The notes under the pieces: generated by a model
What the model was told of the DNA's origin: nothing
The model's database searches: none
The model's input: only the letters and a program-made list of their open reading frames with translations
Source of the DNA: Balanoglossus misakiensis
Taxonomy: Eukaryota; Animalia; Hemichordata
Assembly (NCBI GenBank): GCA_040954595.2
Contig: CM082594.2
Span: 2,374,247 to 2,438,246, forward strand
DNA: 64,000 bases
Direction of reading: 5' to 3'
In this document: positions 24,401 to 37,119 of the stretch, in pieces
How positions within the stretch are numbered: the stretch's first letter is position 1
How the letters are laid out: every line of letters begins with the position of its first letter
Program-made: the position numbers and the translations under genes

Positions 24401-27400
24401 AAAAGAGCAGCTCCATATGTTCTTTAGAACACTTAGATATGTCATTTTTGCCATGGACATGTAAATTGGAGGTGACCGTGTAACTTTAACTTACTGACAT
24501 TTTTCTTCCTCTCTCCTCATATTTTTTCAATCACTAACAGGATAATGGCAGGTGTCATTGAACAGAAAAAATTTCCAAGCTTTGAAAGGATGCTATGGAG
24601 GGCTTGTCATGGCAAGGCATTTCTGAGATTTTCTGACATTGAAGTGCCATTAGAAGATCCTGTTACAGTGAGTTGAGATTTTCAAGCTTTGGATAATCAT
24701 CAAAATTGGTTCAAACACAAGAAATGCCAGATTATGTCATACAATAGAAGCCAGAGATGAGGATATATGTCACTCAAATTCAACACAATATAAGTCAAAA
24801 CATCTGGAATTATAATATAACTCATGCTAATACTGTGTCGTGATTCGCCAGAATCCGTCACGTGATAGGAAAATAGAATTGACTATGAATCCCTAGGGAA
24901 ATTGCAGAAAAAATATAAACTGGTCACGTGACCAACTTAACTTCACAGACTCGGGTCACGTGACTCACGTCAATCAGCGTCGCGTGTTAGCATGAGGTTT
25001 ATTATAAAACACCTATGGCCTGGCCTATATTCGGGCCATAGCAGCCATTTTTACCCCCTCATGACTGTGAGTTACCAGAATCATATGCTATTTCCCTCAG
25101 CCTACGGCCTCGGGAAATAGCATGTGATTTTGGTAACTCACAGCCCCTCGGGGGTAATAAACGGCTGCTATGGCCCTCATGGCCAGGCAATAGGTGTTCA
25201 CTATAAACCCCTTAAATTGTCTTTATCCAGTGAATTATTGTGTTCACGTACTGTTAAAAAAAACTTGCCATTTCATAATGCCAAACTGACAGTTGGCACC
25301 TGCCATATTTGACTACAAAAAGATTACCAGTACGTGCAAGCTTTTGTCACACTGCTGAACATCTTTGCAGAGTGAAAAATAATATGTACAAACTCCATCA
25401 ATTAGCAAAGGATACTTTGTTCTTAAAAATGTGACAAGTAGCAGTTGTTGGTACAACTTCATCCAACATTTACAATATTGCAGTTATTACTTAAAGTAGC
25501 TGGCCAGTAAACTGCAATTTGCATAAACACAGCTTGTCATGTGACAACAAATCTGCATCAACAGTACTGTTCTATTAACAATGCAGGCTTTTCTGAACCT
25601 CTTTCCATTCTCCTCAACAGGGATATCAAGTCAAGAAGACAGTCTTTGTAATATTTTTTCAAGGCAGTCAACTGAAAACAAGAGCGAAGCGTATCTGTGA
25701 AGGGTATGTTTACTGGTACATTGCGTAGATGTACTGTAAAACATGTTATTTTCGCGAGCAATAAATTTTCGCGAAATACGCAAGAACCAAAATAGTGTGA
25801 AAATAAAAAGTCACATAAATTTTTTTTGAAGATAACGATGCAATGAATGAAATAAGAGAACGCTAAAATTAATACTCGCGAAACAGTGGCTTGTCTCGAT
25901 ATCGCGGATATTTCTACTCATGAAAATAAGGTGTTTTACAGTGTTTCTGAATTTTTTGCCCATGTGGGCTTCTTGTAGGATTTCAAGGAATTTCATGTTG
26001 TCTGCTGTGTTACATTAGGGATGGACTCCTTGATGTTGGTGGGAGGGGAGGGTCTGGTAAAATGGATGAGGTAGTGTTATATTTGTTCGTACCTGATCCA
26101 CCGGTCACCATTTTTCTTTTCACTCTGTAATTTCAACATTTTTCATTTTTATTGCAGCTACCATGCCAATTTATATCCTAGTCCTGAAACAGAAGCAGAA
26201 TGCCAAGAGATGTTGCAAGGAGTGAATACAAGACTGCAGGATCTGCAAAATGTATATCAAGTTATTCATATTCTGTTATTTATATACAGTACACTGAATC
26301 AAACTGTACACTAGAACTGTCATTCTTTCTGTTTCTGATCAAATGAAATGGGAGCACAGTGTCCTTGCTATTATTTTTGTAAAATATCATTTTGTTGCTT
26401 TGTCAGCACTATGTGCTTGGAGCATTAACTGCTATTTTGCTTCCTACCATTTCAGTTGAATGTACCCTGTTTGTGATTGAAGAGACAAAGTCTCTCTCTC
26501 GCTGCCCTTATTCCATTAATTATGTTTGATACAAGAATCTGTTTATGTTAATGTACATGTGGATATATAGTGAATGAAAATGTGTGGTCGAACGTTGATT
26601 CACTATATATCCACATGTAGAATAACATAAACGATGTCTTGTGTCAAACATAATTGATGGAAAATGACAGCAAGAGAGAGAGAGAGACTTTGTCCCTTTA
26701 ATGTCCAAATTTTCACAAACTACTATGCCTGCTGTGTATTTTGTAGGTTTTAAGTCAAACAGAAGATCATCGCTTCCGTGCATTGCAAATGGCAGCCAAG
26801 AATATCAATTCCTGGTTTATCAAAGTGTGTAAGATCAAGGCTATCTACCATACCCTCAACCTTTTTGATTTGGATGTCACTAGGAATTGTCTGATTGCTG
26901 AATGTTGGTGTCCAGCGACAGATTTGGATCGTATTCAACAAGCTCTAAGCATTGGTACAGTAAGTAGACATTTACAAGCTAAGATACCAAGTCATGTTTT
27001 ATCGTGTGTGGTTCCAAGGTGCCAAAAAATCACAGCAAAGTCCAATCTAAGTAAAATCAGATGTAGAGTTAGGCGTTGGTGATAGTTTTGGCTGATTTGT
27101 TCTCTCGGCTTTGACTGTTCAGTTCTCTGTCTTGGGCTGTTCATGGGTGTGCTTGCCAAACAGAACAGCCAAGAATCAGCAAAAGTATAGACAGTGCCTA
27201 GCCCTACACCTGATTTTAATCAGATCGTCATGAATAAAATCCAATGTCATACATGTATCACACTGTGTGTGTCCCTCTGTTGATCCATTCATAGATTCTA
27301 AGTCAGAATCGGGCCCTGTTTACCTAGCATAGACTGAAAAATCATGGCTAAATTTATTAGAGTGTGTGAATGTGAAATAAATGGGTGATTCCACACCCAT

Positions 27401-30400
27401 GTGAAATATAAAATTTATGCTATTTTACCGGCATTAATTGTTGTCCAAGACTGTACAGGGCCGAGAGAGAGACTTTGTCCCTTTAAGAAAAAATATTCTT
27501 AAACCAGAGCGGTAACACAGTTGATTGTTCAGATTCTTTGTGCAATTCTTTGCAGTGTGAGCAGCTTTTTGGCAAATAAGGAATTGTGTTAAGTTAAATC
27601 ATGTACATGTAATTGTTTACCATATCTTTCACCTTTTTTACTTTTGGTAGGAACGAAGTGAGTCTACAGTGCCTTCGATTTTACATGTGGTAGAGTCAGA
27701 CCTTAGCCATCCAACATATAATCGGACCAACAAATTTACTAGTGCCTACCAAGCCATTGTAAATGCCTATGGTGTTGCTAATTACAGAGAAATCAATCCA
27801 GGTCAGTTATATATCATGTGTGTCAAAAATTATCCAGGATGTTTCTCAGTCGATACTTGTGGTCAAGGCATACGAGTCCAAATGTTAAAATTCCATGTTC
27901 ATTGAAAGCACCATGTTTTTGAGGTGTTGTATTGCAACCTAACACAGAGACATATGTAACGGGTTGCAAAACACATAATTATGGAATGTCCATATTTGGG
28001 TAACACATGGTCTAGCTGTTTTCCTTCGAGCTCGCCCAACAGACTATTTTGGGATAACTTGCATAACCTTGGGTAGACATCTGTATGTTGTTACCATTAT
28101 GGCCATTTGATTTATTTTCATACAACTAAGTTTCAACCTTGACAACTACAGTACCATGTACAGGTACAATGTGTAGTTGCCCAGGCATTCAGTTTGATGT
28201 TGTCTACAAATGCAATGTATTTTCATCAGACTTTAAAAAAGAAATTGTTTTCATGAGACTTTAAAAATGAAAATGGATTTTTTACATTTGGACACATATG
28301 CCATGACCACATAAGCAGGCAATTTTCACTGTAATATTCGTTGAATTTCAGGTAGTAGTGCTTTGATTCTATTTATAGCTACCATAAATTACACCATCCT
28401 GAATAAAATCAGAATGATTATAGGCACCCAAAAATGTCCCTATTTTCTGCAAAGTTCAGTGCCCGATGTTGAAACCTTGACAGATCCCATGCAGAAGAAC
28501 TTGTGAAGCACCTCACAGATATTTATATTGCTGGTACAATGTTTCTGCAATGTGACTGATACAGCCCCATCGTGGCAATATGAAAATTAAAAACTGGCAC
28601 GGTAAATGTACGAACAAGCAATTAACACATGAAAAATTAGTGATGTACAGGTACATGTAGGTATAAAACCTGCAAAAACTGTGCCGTTTGTTCTAGAGTC
28701 TGAGTGCAAATGAAACCACGGGCGACAATGGTTAGCATGTAAATGAAAAATATTTAGCCATCAATCATATTAATAATTTGTATTTTCTTCTTAATTTTCA
28801 GCACTGTTTACAATCATCTCTTTCCCATTCATATTTTCTGTCATGTTTGGTGATGCTGGTCATGGATTGTTGATGACACTTTTCGGTCTGTGGATGTGTG
28901 ATCGGGAGAAATCACTTGCTGCCTCTGCTAGAAACAGTGAAGTAAGCCAGTCTTTTCTTCCCCCCCCCCCTTACACCAAAAGGTGGCCTTCTTGCATTCC
29001 ATGCTCTAATAACCAGTGGCAGTGCTATCACAAGTCTTTGAAAGAAAACTGTGTTGATTAATTTGTTAGAAGTGTCATAAATATGATGATATTCTTTGTA
29101 TTTTTGTCAACATTAATACAAGACTTGAATTTTTAAGTATCTCTACCATACAATAGACAAACTAATGGCCCATACGTACCCCTATCATATAAATCAACAA
29201 ATGCATTAAAGGTACACAGTCACCCCTAATTTACATAGGCCCGTATATGGCTGAAATGGCGTATTCGAGTGTTTGAAAGAACATATGGTGGCGCTCTTTT
29301 TTTCGCGCGTGCCACCCACTGAAAATGTGTGATTGGCTAGATCTTCTTTTGCCATGGTAACAAGCCATATTTGCAAAGGTGACCGTATACCTTTAATCTG
29401 ACTATGAACAACAACAACATATTAGTACAGCTCTTTTAATCTATCATTGAATGTTGAACTTCATGTAAGTATTCAATCAAAACCAAAACTGCAAGTTTTT
29501 GTACCAATATAAGAATTAGTCTCAGAGAATACACTGTGGTGAAATCATTGAGTGTAGGAACATTTACATGAAGCCCATTGTTCATGGTGATTCAATTGAA
29601 ATGGCTATAAGCTCTATGTCTATTTTTTATCATTTAGATGTGGGGCACCATCTATTCTGGCCGCTATGTACTGCTGCCAATGGGCTTATTTTCAATCTAT
29701 TCTGGTTTTATCTACAATGACTTCTTTTCTAAATCCGTCAATATCTTTGGATCATCATTCAATGTATCAGCAGCAGAATACAGGTAAATATAACACCTTT
29801 ATATTGTGTTTTTTCACCAATGAAAGAACAGATGAAAAAATTAATTGCTTTATAATGGACATATGTATTATATACACTAGAGCATAAAGTAGAGTAAACT
29901 TAGAATAAGTATCAATTTTGTGGAAACATACTCAAACATCAGGTATCTTGTAAGAGAGCAATGTGAACATGTGTATAAATTCTGCTGATTGGTCTTTTAT
30001 TTCACAGTGATGCGACAATAAGACACAATGAGCTTCTGCAATTGGATCCTGTCTCTACCTACACTGGTTCACCATATCCATTTGGCTTTGATCCGGTAAG
30101 TGTAAGGATGATTTGATGCATTAAAAAACATTCAGTGTTTTGATTTCCTTGTGCAAAACTTAGAATCTGCATCCAAAACATTTTTTATCAGTTCCTTGCA
30201 TACCATCAATGTCTCAGATGCAGGTATACTTACCAGGTTCACACAGGTAAATTAGAAACCTTTCAGAGACACTAGTTGCCTATCGTAAACACAGAGCATT
30301 AATCCTTTGAGTCGCTTGCGTCCACACACACAAAGTTTATAGTCTTGTTCTCACTAAAAGTTTCGACACCAGTGCTATGCCAGTGTTTACTCTCTGCAAA

Positions 30401-33400
30401 CACAGGGGATTAGCCCACAGTATAGTCTTGTTCTCACTAAAAGTTTCGACACTGGTGTTATGCCAGTGTTTACTCTCTGCAAACACAGGGGATTAGCCCA
30501 CAGAATCTCCGTGCGTCCACACACTAAACTTTTGGCCACTGTTTTGAAATAAACACCGTCTAAAATGGCCATGTTTAGCAACACGGCAACTAACAAAATT
30601 GAGGGCGTCGAGGACATTACAGCAACATGTTTCAGTTTCTATACCTGCATATGCGTTCTAGACGACTTTGTCGTCTTCATGACAGTTTTGATAATGTTTA
30701 GAAGTAAATGAATGTTAATCCATAAATGGAAAATGCCTCAACTTTTCGGTGATAAAGAGAACCTTCAGAAAGTTGGTAGCAGACAGAAGTGTTGCAGACC
30801 TGGCAAACTGCGAATGGTTTGAAATCCACTCGCGTCCAGTGTGATTGACTTCACAAAGGAAACTGACCAAAGACAATGGGCTATACCTAATAAACATACC
30901 CAAAAGTCACAGCAGGGTGGCGCTTTTGAACGGTGTTTGTTTATCTTTGCGTTCTCACTGACTATTTGCGTCGGAGCGCTGGCCCAGCACTGGCCCTGAC
31001 CCGCCACCCATCGCCGTCGCAAATTAACACCGGCCCAACACCAGTGTAAAGCGTTCTCACTTACTTTTTTCCGTTGGTGTCAAATCTACACCGGTGTAGC
31101 ACCGGTGTAAACATGCCAGTGAGAACGCCCTATATGTATAGGTGCTAAGGCTCGGCCCCATAGACAATGGGTTGCAGAGAGGTGTTAATCCTTACACCAG
31201 CTCAGGTCTGGCCAGGAAAGCTTTCTCTAATCTGAAACGTTTCAGGGCCACTTAACACATCCCAGTGACCAACAATGGGATAATAAGGGATTATCAGGTG
31301 GATATATTATGGGAAAGAATTGCTTCATATCCTATTCTTTCTAGGGTCTATAGCCTAACAAGCAAATTATGTTAAACTTTCACTGATTGTGAAAATGCTT
31401 TGTATTTTCCAGATCTGGAGACTTTCAGAAAATGAGTTAACTTACACCAATTCCTTCAAAATGAAGTTATCTGTCATATTTGGTGTTATCCATATGATGT
31501 TTGGTGTCTTTCTCAGTCTATTAAATCATGTGTAAGTTGCATTTAACTCCGGGCGCAAAATTATTTTTTAGATCTTCTTGTCCTCACTAATACTTGCATA
31601 TGCCAGTTTCATGTAGAAGGCACCCTTCCAAGATGGCGCGAAAACAAGGCCAGTCTTGTGTATCGTCACTATAGTTGGGACCAACGTCGACAGCTACATT
31701 TTATTGTAAGGTAACTTTTGCCAAGAGAAGAGTATGTTTTTAAGTCTACAAATAACATGATGCTTGTGTCTTGACCCAATTATCAACTGTGGTTCCTCTT
31801 TGTAGATACTTTCGTAAACCGTTGAACATCATCTGTGAGTTCATCCCTCAAGTTCTCTTCTTGATGTGTATGTTTGGATACTTGGTCATCATGATCTTCA
31901 TTAAATGGTTTACGTTCAGTGCTGAGAAATCTGAAAGTGCTCCTAGTCTCTTGATTACAATAATCAACATGTTCCTATTCAAGCCACCACCACAAGAATT
32001 GTATGCTGGACAGGTAAGTTCACATGAAACAGAACGGTACAACCATTAAAGGGAAGGTTCAAGTAAAGGTGTTTTCAACATTTTTGCTAGCTATAGGCTC
32101 AGTGTTTCAGAAAAAAAAAAAAAAACTTTTACAATATTGGATAAAAATATAGTGTGCATAATTCTTTATCCCTGAACATGAAAACATATAATGTCAACAC
32201 TTTCAAAAGACGTATTGTCAATATAACTCTAGCACCGCTTGTAGGACTGCCATAACACATGGCAGTTTATTGGGCATGTTCCTTGGGGTTTTTTTTTACA
32301 ATTCGATATTTATATATAGTTATGTCATATCTGCTTGCCAATGTCAAGTGGTTTTAATTCTGGTGTATCCCTATTTCTGTGTAATCCTCAAATGGGACCA
32401 CATTGTACTTTTCTTGAATAGCCAGCGCGAACACAGTGTCCTTGACGCTATGTTTTATTTCAGACAGTGGTACAGACTATTTTGGTTGTCATAGTTATAC
32501 TTTGTGTACCTTGGATGTTAGCAATAAAGCCACTGGTTCTTCTCCATCAAAGCAAGAGAAAGGTCACAAAGAAGGTAAGTACTGGAATGATGGGTTATTC
32601 ATTTGCAAAGAAACAGTGTATTCAAGAATATTATCACATGAACGGGCCCATATTTCCACCTGTGTGATGTAGACCAGGACAGAAAAAAAAATCCATAAAC
32701 CACCTGTTTTACGTCATCAACCGGAATTATTTCCACCGATTCGCCAAGTGAGCGCCTCAATCAGTCCGGTCCAAGCGAGAACCATTTCAGTGCGTGACGA
32801 CTGAAACTCTATATTCCACCATTCATCGTATTGCATAAGAAGTAGAAACAAGTCGCAGTAAAATTGTTAGAGAATCGATAATATTTGTTTAAGGTCCCAG
32901 GCTGAGATTCTGTCGCCACGATATTTTGTATTTCTGCAGAAACACGTACTGACTGACCGCACTGACTTGACCTCGGCGACGCTGCAAGTGTAATAGTTCC
33001 TTAGACTGATTTTTAAAATCCTGTCATATTAATGACTTTGGGATACATGGCACTGGATTTGGTTTATTTTTTTTATAAACTTTTACATGAAGTACATCAT
33101 TTTCCTCAATAAAAATGCAACTTGCGGCATTACTTTGCAGGTGACTTGTACTCCATGTTCTGTTTTTTTTATTCGTACTGATAACTTCTACGTATAAACA
33201 TGTATGCATCTGTTTTCTTTACTTACCAGCGACAATACCAGACATTGGTAAATGAAACTGACGAAGATAGTGACGAAGTTGAATCCAAAGCTGCAAGTGA
33301 TCAAAGACAAAATGTATGTTTTTACTGTAGTACATACTCTAAAAGTGATGAGTTTAAAGTCACAGACTTGTGTTTTAGTTATTTATAAATTATATTATTA

Positions 33401-35819
33401 CATAACTGGTATGTTGCATCCCAATGATAGTTATTTGTGTGAATTATGCTAAGGCCAAAGTAAACAAATTATTTGTTTTGCATCCACACGCGCATACCGG
33501 TAGGTTTTTAAAGGTTATTAGTTTCAAGACAAGTAATTGCTAATTTGCACATTTTCAGTCTTTATCAAATCTTTTACTTGTTTCTGGAAAAATTATGTAC
33601 GTGTAGAAATTCCTGTACTGAGTCCATTCAAACTAGTTGCAAATGTAAGACAATGAACTTATGATAACCCGGGTGTTCTGTTTCATTACTTTACAGTTTG
33701 ATTTTACTGATGTGTTCATTCTGCAATGTATTCACACCATTGAATATTGCCTGGGATGTATCTCCAACACTGCTTCATATCTTCGTCTCTGGGCTCTCAG
33801 TCTGGCTCATGCAGGTAAGCTGACAACAAACATAGACTTTCAGCCCTGTCATCAAAAGTACACTGTTACAACTTTACAGAATATTTGCCTCCTGATAGCA
33901 CAGCCATATACGCCTTTTTTGTAAAGAGGGCCTTCTTGCAAAACATGGTGAAAACAAGGCCAGTAGGCCACAGAGTAAAAACTTTATTGTCTTGTGTATT
34001 GTCGCTATTATTGGGACTGACGTTCGACAACCACATTTTCTTGTAAGGTAAGTTTTACATCCAACTTGTATGTATCATATACACAAAAAGCAGACAAGCT
34101 TGAGCAATACTCTGTGGCCTACTGTCCTCATTTTCACATCTACTTGGAGATGGTGCAATGCTTTTTGAGGGCACCCTCTTTAGGCAAAAGTCATATTAGG
34201 GAATTAAGATAGTCTGACATGGCATGGTTCCTTTATTACTATTGGTGTATCCGAACATATGGAATTTAAAATAGAAATGAGGATATTTAACCCTTTCATC
34301 ACCTCGGTTCAGTCCAAACTCATTGTTTTCTATGGTAAGGTTGGACCTCTAAAGAGGGAACTGGGGGTGAAAGGGTTACGGAGAATGAAAGCATTTGTTA
34401 TCACAGTTGGAGTTCAGTGTGGTAAAATTAATTAAGTATGCACAGCCGTTGTTAAACCGATTTCTGAAGTTGTAGGAAACAAAAAGCTTTGACTAGCTGT
34501 TTGCCCATCTTTTTTTGTATTCTAAACTATAATAATTTCTTCAGCATGCTCTATATGTCACCCAGTAGGATTATGTCCCTATTGGAAGAAAATTATGACT
34601 GCCAGCCAATACTCAGATATGAGTTGTGCTGTTAGCGATGTGGAGCTTATCAGATACAAAATGCAGTGTGATCGTCTGTCAGCCTCCAGTGACATTAGTC
34701 TACTTCTCTGAATCAACTGGTCTGATTACTTTGTATTTTGGAAGACAGGTTACTAGGGATGACCTTAACAAAGTTTGTTCAAATGTGGTGAATTTGTGTA
34801 TTTGGAGTTTGCGGGTACAAACAATCTCTGAAATCGTTTCTCCCATTACTTTAAAGTTTGGTCTGTAGATCCCCGAGATTGACTGTTTTTGCTTTCATGT
34901 TACAGAATTATCAGTTGTGTTGTGGACGATGGTTCTTCGTCTTGGTTTGAAAATGGACTCCTTCCTGGGATGTGTTGTTCTGGTGCCACTCTTTGCATTC
35001 TGGGCAATACTCACAATTGGTATCCTTCTTATTATGGAAGGCCTATCTGCTTTTCTGCATGCACTTCGTCTACACTGGTAAGTTTCCCCCTTCTCGGTTT
35101 AGTTCCATTCCGTACTGGGGTGGGGTGGGGTGGTGTGGGGTTGGGTTGGGTGGGGTGGGGTGGGGTGGGGTGGGGTGGGGTCGGCTAGTGGTATGCATCA
35201 CATCTCATGGACAGTATGCACATCAGATAATTTAAATATTTCGTAGTATCACCAGGGTTTTGCTGATGTGTATTCTCGATCAAAAGAGAATCTGACTAAA
35301 TCTGACTGTAGACCTTGCCTTTTCCCTGAGTCAAAACTGCTGCTGTATTTGTGTAAAATTATGAAATTTCTTTGCAAATATTTATTAGGAAACCATATAT
35401 TTGAGAGAAATGCTTCTGAATACTGTGATGGTGGTCGTCTTCTTGGACGTTGGAAATATTGTGATGGGAAATGGTTACATGATCTAATAAAACAAGTTTC
35501 AATTTTGACAGTCCACGATCCTGTGAGGAGACAATGCATTTGTTATGTTTTAGTCTGTGCAGACAAAGTCCAGGTGATGATGACTAATCGATTGAGTGAC
35601 GTCGGCTGACATATGATGCCAAACTTGATACATGCAATGTGAGAGTGGTCCATGTATCTCTAACTCTTCAAACAGTCCATGGATGCCTAGAATAACCTTT
35701 ACTCTTTGCTTGTTTTTTTTCCCAACAGGGTTGAATTTCAGAACAAGTTCTATGTTGGAGATGGTCACCTGTTCGTTCCATTCTCATTCAAAGCCATTCT
35801 TGAAGCAAGAGATGAATAG
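21478..35819 (+). CDS. V-type H+-ATPase V0 subunit a, paralog B (divergent duplicate); complete, 20 coding exons, 817 aa
   Basis: Exons: 21478-21600, 22150-22228, 22524-22621, 23295-23423, 23847-23926, 24541-24667, 25621-25703, 26158-26251, 26747-26959, 27651-27801, 28802-28941, 29638-29783, 30008-30095, 31413-31531, 31806-32013, 32464-32574, 33230-33313, 33697-33814 ([26 protein letters not shown]), 34906-35077 ([16 protein letters not shown]), 35729-35819 ([11 protein letters not shown]). They sum to 2454 nt with no stops. Intron positions match paralog A. Probable 5' UTR exon ends at 20321; AATAAA near 37053 and 37807. Confidence 0.95.
21641..22011. mobile_element. Unclassified TIR element (CAATCTGRTTAAAATCAGATGT family)
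   Basis: ~22-bp TIR; shorter copy at 27043-27227. Confidence 0.65.
24304..24485. mobile_element. Kolobok-type MITE family 2, inverted copy
   Basis: Reverse-complement similarity to 29210-29392 (CTAGCCAATCA..GGGTGGCGCA..GGTGACCGTGTAACTTTAA). Confidence 0.65.
24810..25205. mobile_element. Hairpin-containing dispersed element (possibly Crypton-derived)
   Basis: Long internal palindrome centred on CCTACGGCCTCGG; near-identical inverted copy at about 37120-37555. Family assignment is inference. Confidence 0.6.
25734..25941. mobile_element. Tc1/mariner-like MITE (CTGTAAAA family)
   Basis: TA-CTGTAAAACATG...GTGTTTTACAG. Confidence 0.72.
26481..26697. mobile_element. AGGGACAAAGTC MITE, centre deleted
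   Basis: Both termini present; central part missing. Confidence 0.75.
27043..27227. mobile_element. CAATCTG family, short copy
   Basis: Same termini and shared AAACAGAACAGCCAAGAATCAGCAAA core. Confidence 0.6.
29210..29392. mobile_element. Kolobok-type MITE family 2
   Basis: TTAA flanks; TIR AGGTACACAGTCACC / GGTGACCGTATACCT. Confidence 0.8.
30338..31134. mobile_element. Probable Harbinger-like MITE with an 83-bp tandem duplication of its left end
   Basis: Left TATAGTCTTGTTCTCACT vs right AGTGAGAACGCCCTATA; direct repeats 30338-30420 and 30421-30503. Confidence 0.5.
33928..34157. repeat. Inverted-repeat element; partial relative at about 31615-31720
   Basis: CAGTAGGCCACAGAGTA / TACTCTGTGGCCTACTG; shared core GTCTTGTGTAT..TTGTAAGGTAA. 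Confidence 0.5.
34291..34375. mobile_element. Tiny piggyBac-like MITE
   Basis: TTAA-CCCTTTCA...TGAAAGGG-TTAC; reverse complement of 4637-4718. Confidence 0.65.
35117..35181 (+). repeat. (GGGGT)n pentanucleotide repeat, G-quadruplex-capable
   Basis: About 13 units starting 40 nt downstream of the exon-19 donor of paralog B. Confidence 0.85.
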
Positions 35820-36029
35820 TTATCTATCAGAACAACAAAAAGTCTTTGACGGATCACTGGAAAGTCGTCCCGCTGATATTATCGTTATCATTTTCTGCTT
35901 GATTGATCACCAATTCTTGAATGTTAATCACATGATCTGGCCATGTGACCCACGGCGTTGAAGTTTCCAGGCGACAGGCAAACAACGTGGTGGCATCATT
36001 TGAAAGTTTGTCCGAGTATAATGATATTG

Positions 36030-36284
36030 TAGTCTGGTCCCCTGCCCCATTCCCACCGCTGGCTGCGCTACGCTTAAGGGAAAGGGTCAGGCACGGGCTT
36101 TTGTAAACATGGCTCTCATTGGCGTACGGACATTGGAGGCATCCATCTTGTTTATGATCACGTGGTCTTTGTTTCATTATAATATGCTGGCCAGGGTTTT
36201 GGCCAAGATGGCGGCCCATGCCTGACCCCTTTCCCTTTAGCGTAGCGCAGCCAGTGGATGGGAATGGGGCAGGGGACCAGACTA
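36030..36284. mobile_element. Academ-like MITE (TAG...CTA termini) in the probable 3' UTR of paralog B
   Basis: ~65-bp near-perfect TIR TAGTCTGGTCCCCTGCCCCATTCCCA..GGGTCAGGCA. Confidence 0.7.
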
Positions 36285-37119
36285 AATGATACTGTAGAAC
36301 CACCACAAACATGACATGTATCAGGCATAGTGCCTCATCAGCATTTCGTCTGCACAGTTGTCATCTGCACCATGTTGCCCGTCATCTGGAAATTCGAATA
36401 CCCACGTAAAGTACTGCATCTGTCATCATTTGATATCATTTTCAAAGAAGTTCATTTTGGTCAAAATAGTCTTCATGTCAGAAACCACTTTCCCAGTTGC
36501 TCTAAGATAACGTATTAGGGTATGCAAGGAAGGTTTCTTTAAGAATTGTTCAACCCATGGTGAAATATGAGTACATGTATTGTATTTAATGGGAAAACTT
36601 TGCCATTTTTTGGTTTTAAAAGCTGTTCTCTGATTGCCTTGAAATTTGGTGCGCTGGGGTTCTGCACTTTTTCTCACGATCACTTGCAAAAGCTGTAAAT
36701 GAAATGGTGTATATTGTATTTGCTGGTAAATTTTGTCATGTTTTAGGGTTTTACAATATCCATTTGTCTGAACATGCTTGTCCAATGGGTGTCCAGGGTC
36801 CTAGGGTAGTCCTTATCATAATGTGTTGAAACTACACCAAAAGTGTAAAACTTTCATCTTGGTTTATCACATACATAGATCTGTTAATTTTGAATTAAAC
36901 TCTGTGTTGGTACAGCAAATCAGCTGGATTTCATCGTCCATCATTGCTTCACTGTACAAAAAAAGGCTATCACAAATCTCCATCGGCCACTTAGAGTTTT
37001 AGCATTGTGGACAGAATCCACATACATTTTACAAATTTGTATAACTGCGCCAAATAAAACTATCCAAAGGTCATTCAATGTTGCTTGAACATAGTGAATA
37101 TGTTTTTCAAGCTATTAAG

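Noticed and set aside
25621-25703. Possible frameshift in exon 7 of paralog B at the T run
   Set aside because: Recount gives ATA TTT TTT CAA; the exon is 83 nt as in paralog A and in frame.
34889-35235. Gly/Trp/Val-repeat ORFs
   Set aside because: Translation of the intronic (GGGGT)n repeat.
35854-36785. 152-aa and 119-aa minus-strand ORFs
   Set aside because: They overlap the MITE and probable 3' UTR of paralog B and show no protein signature.
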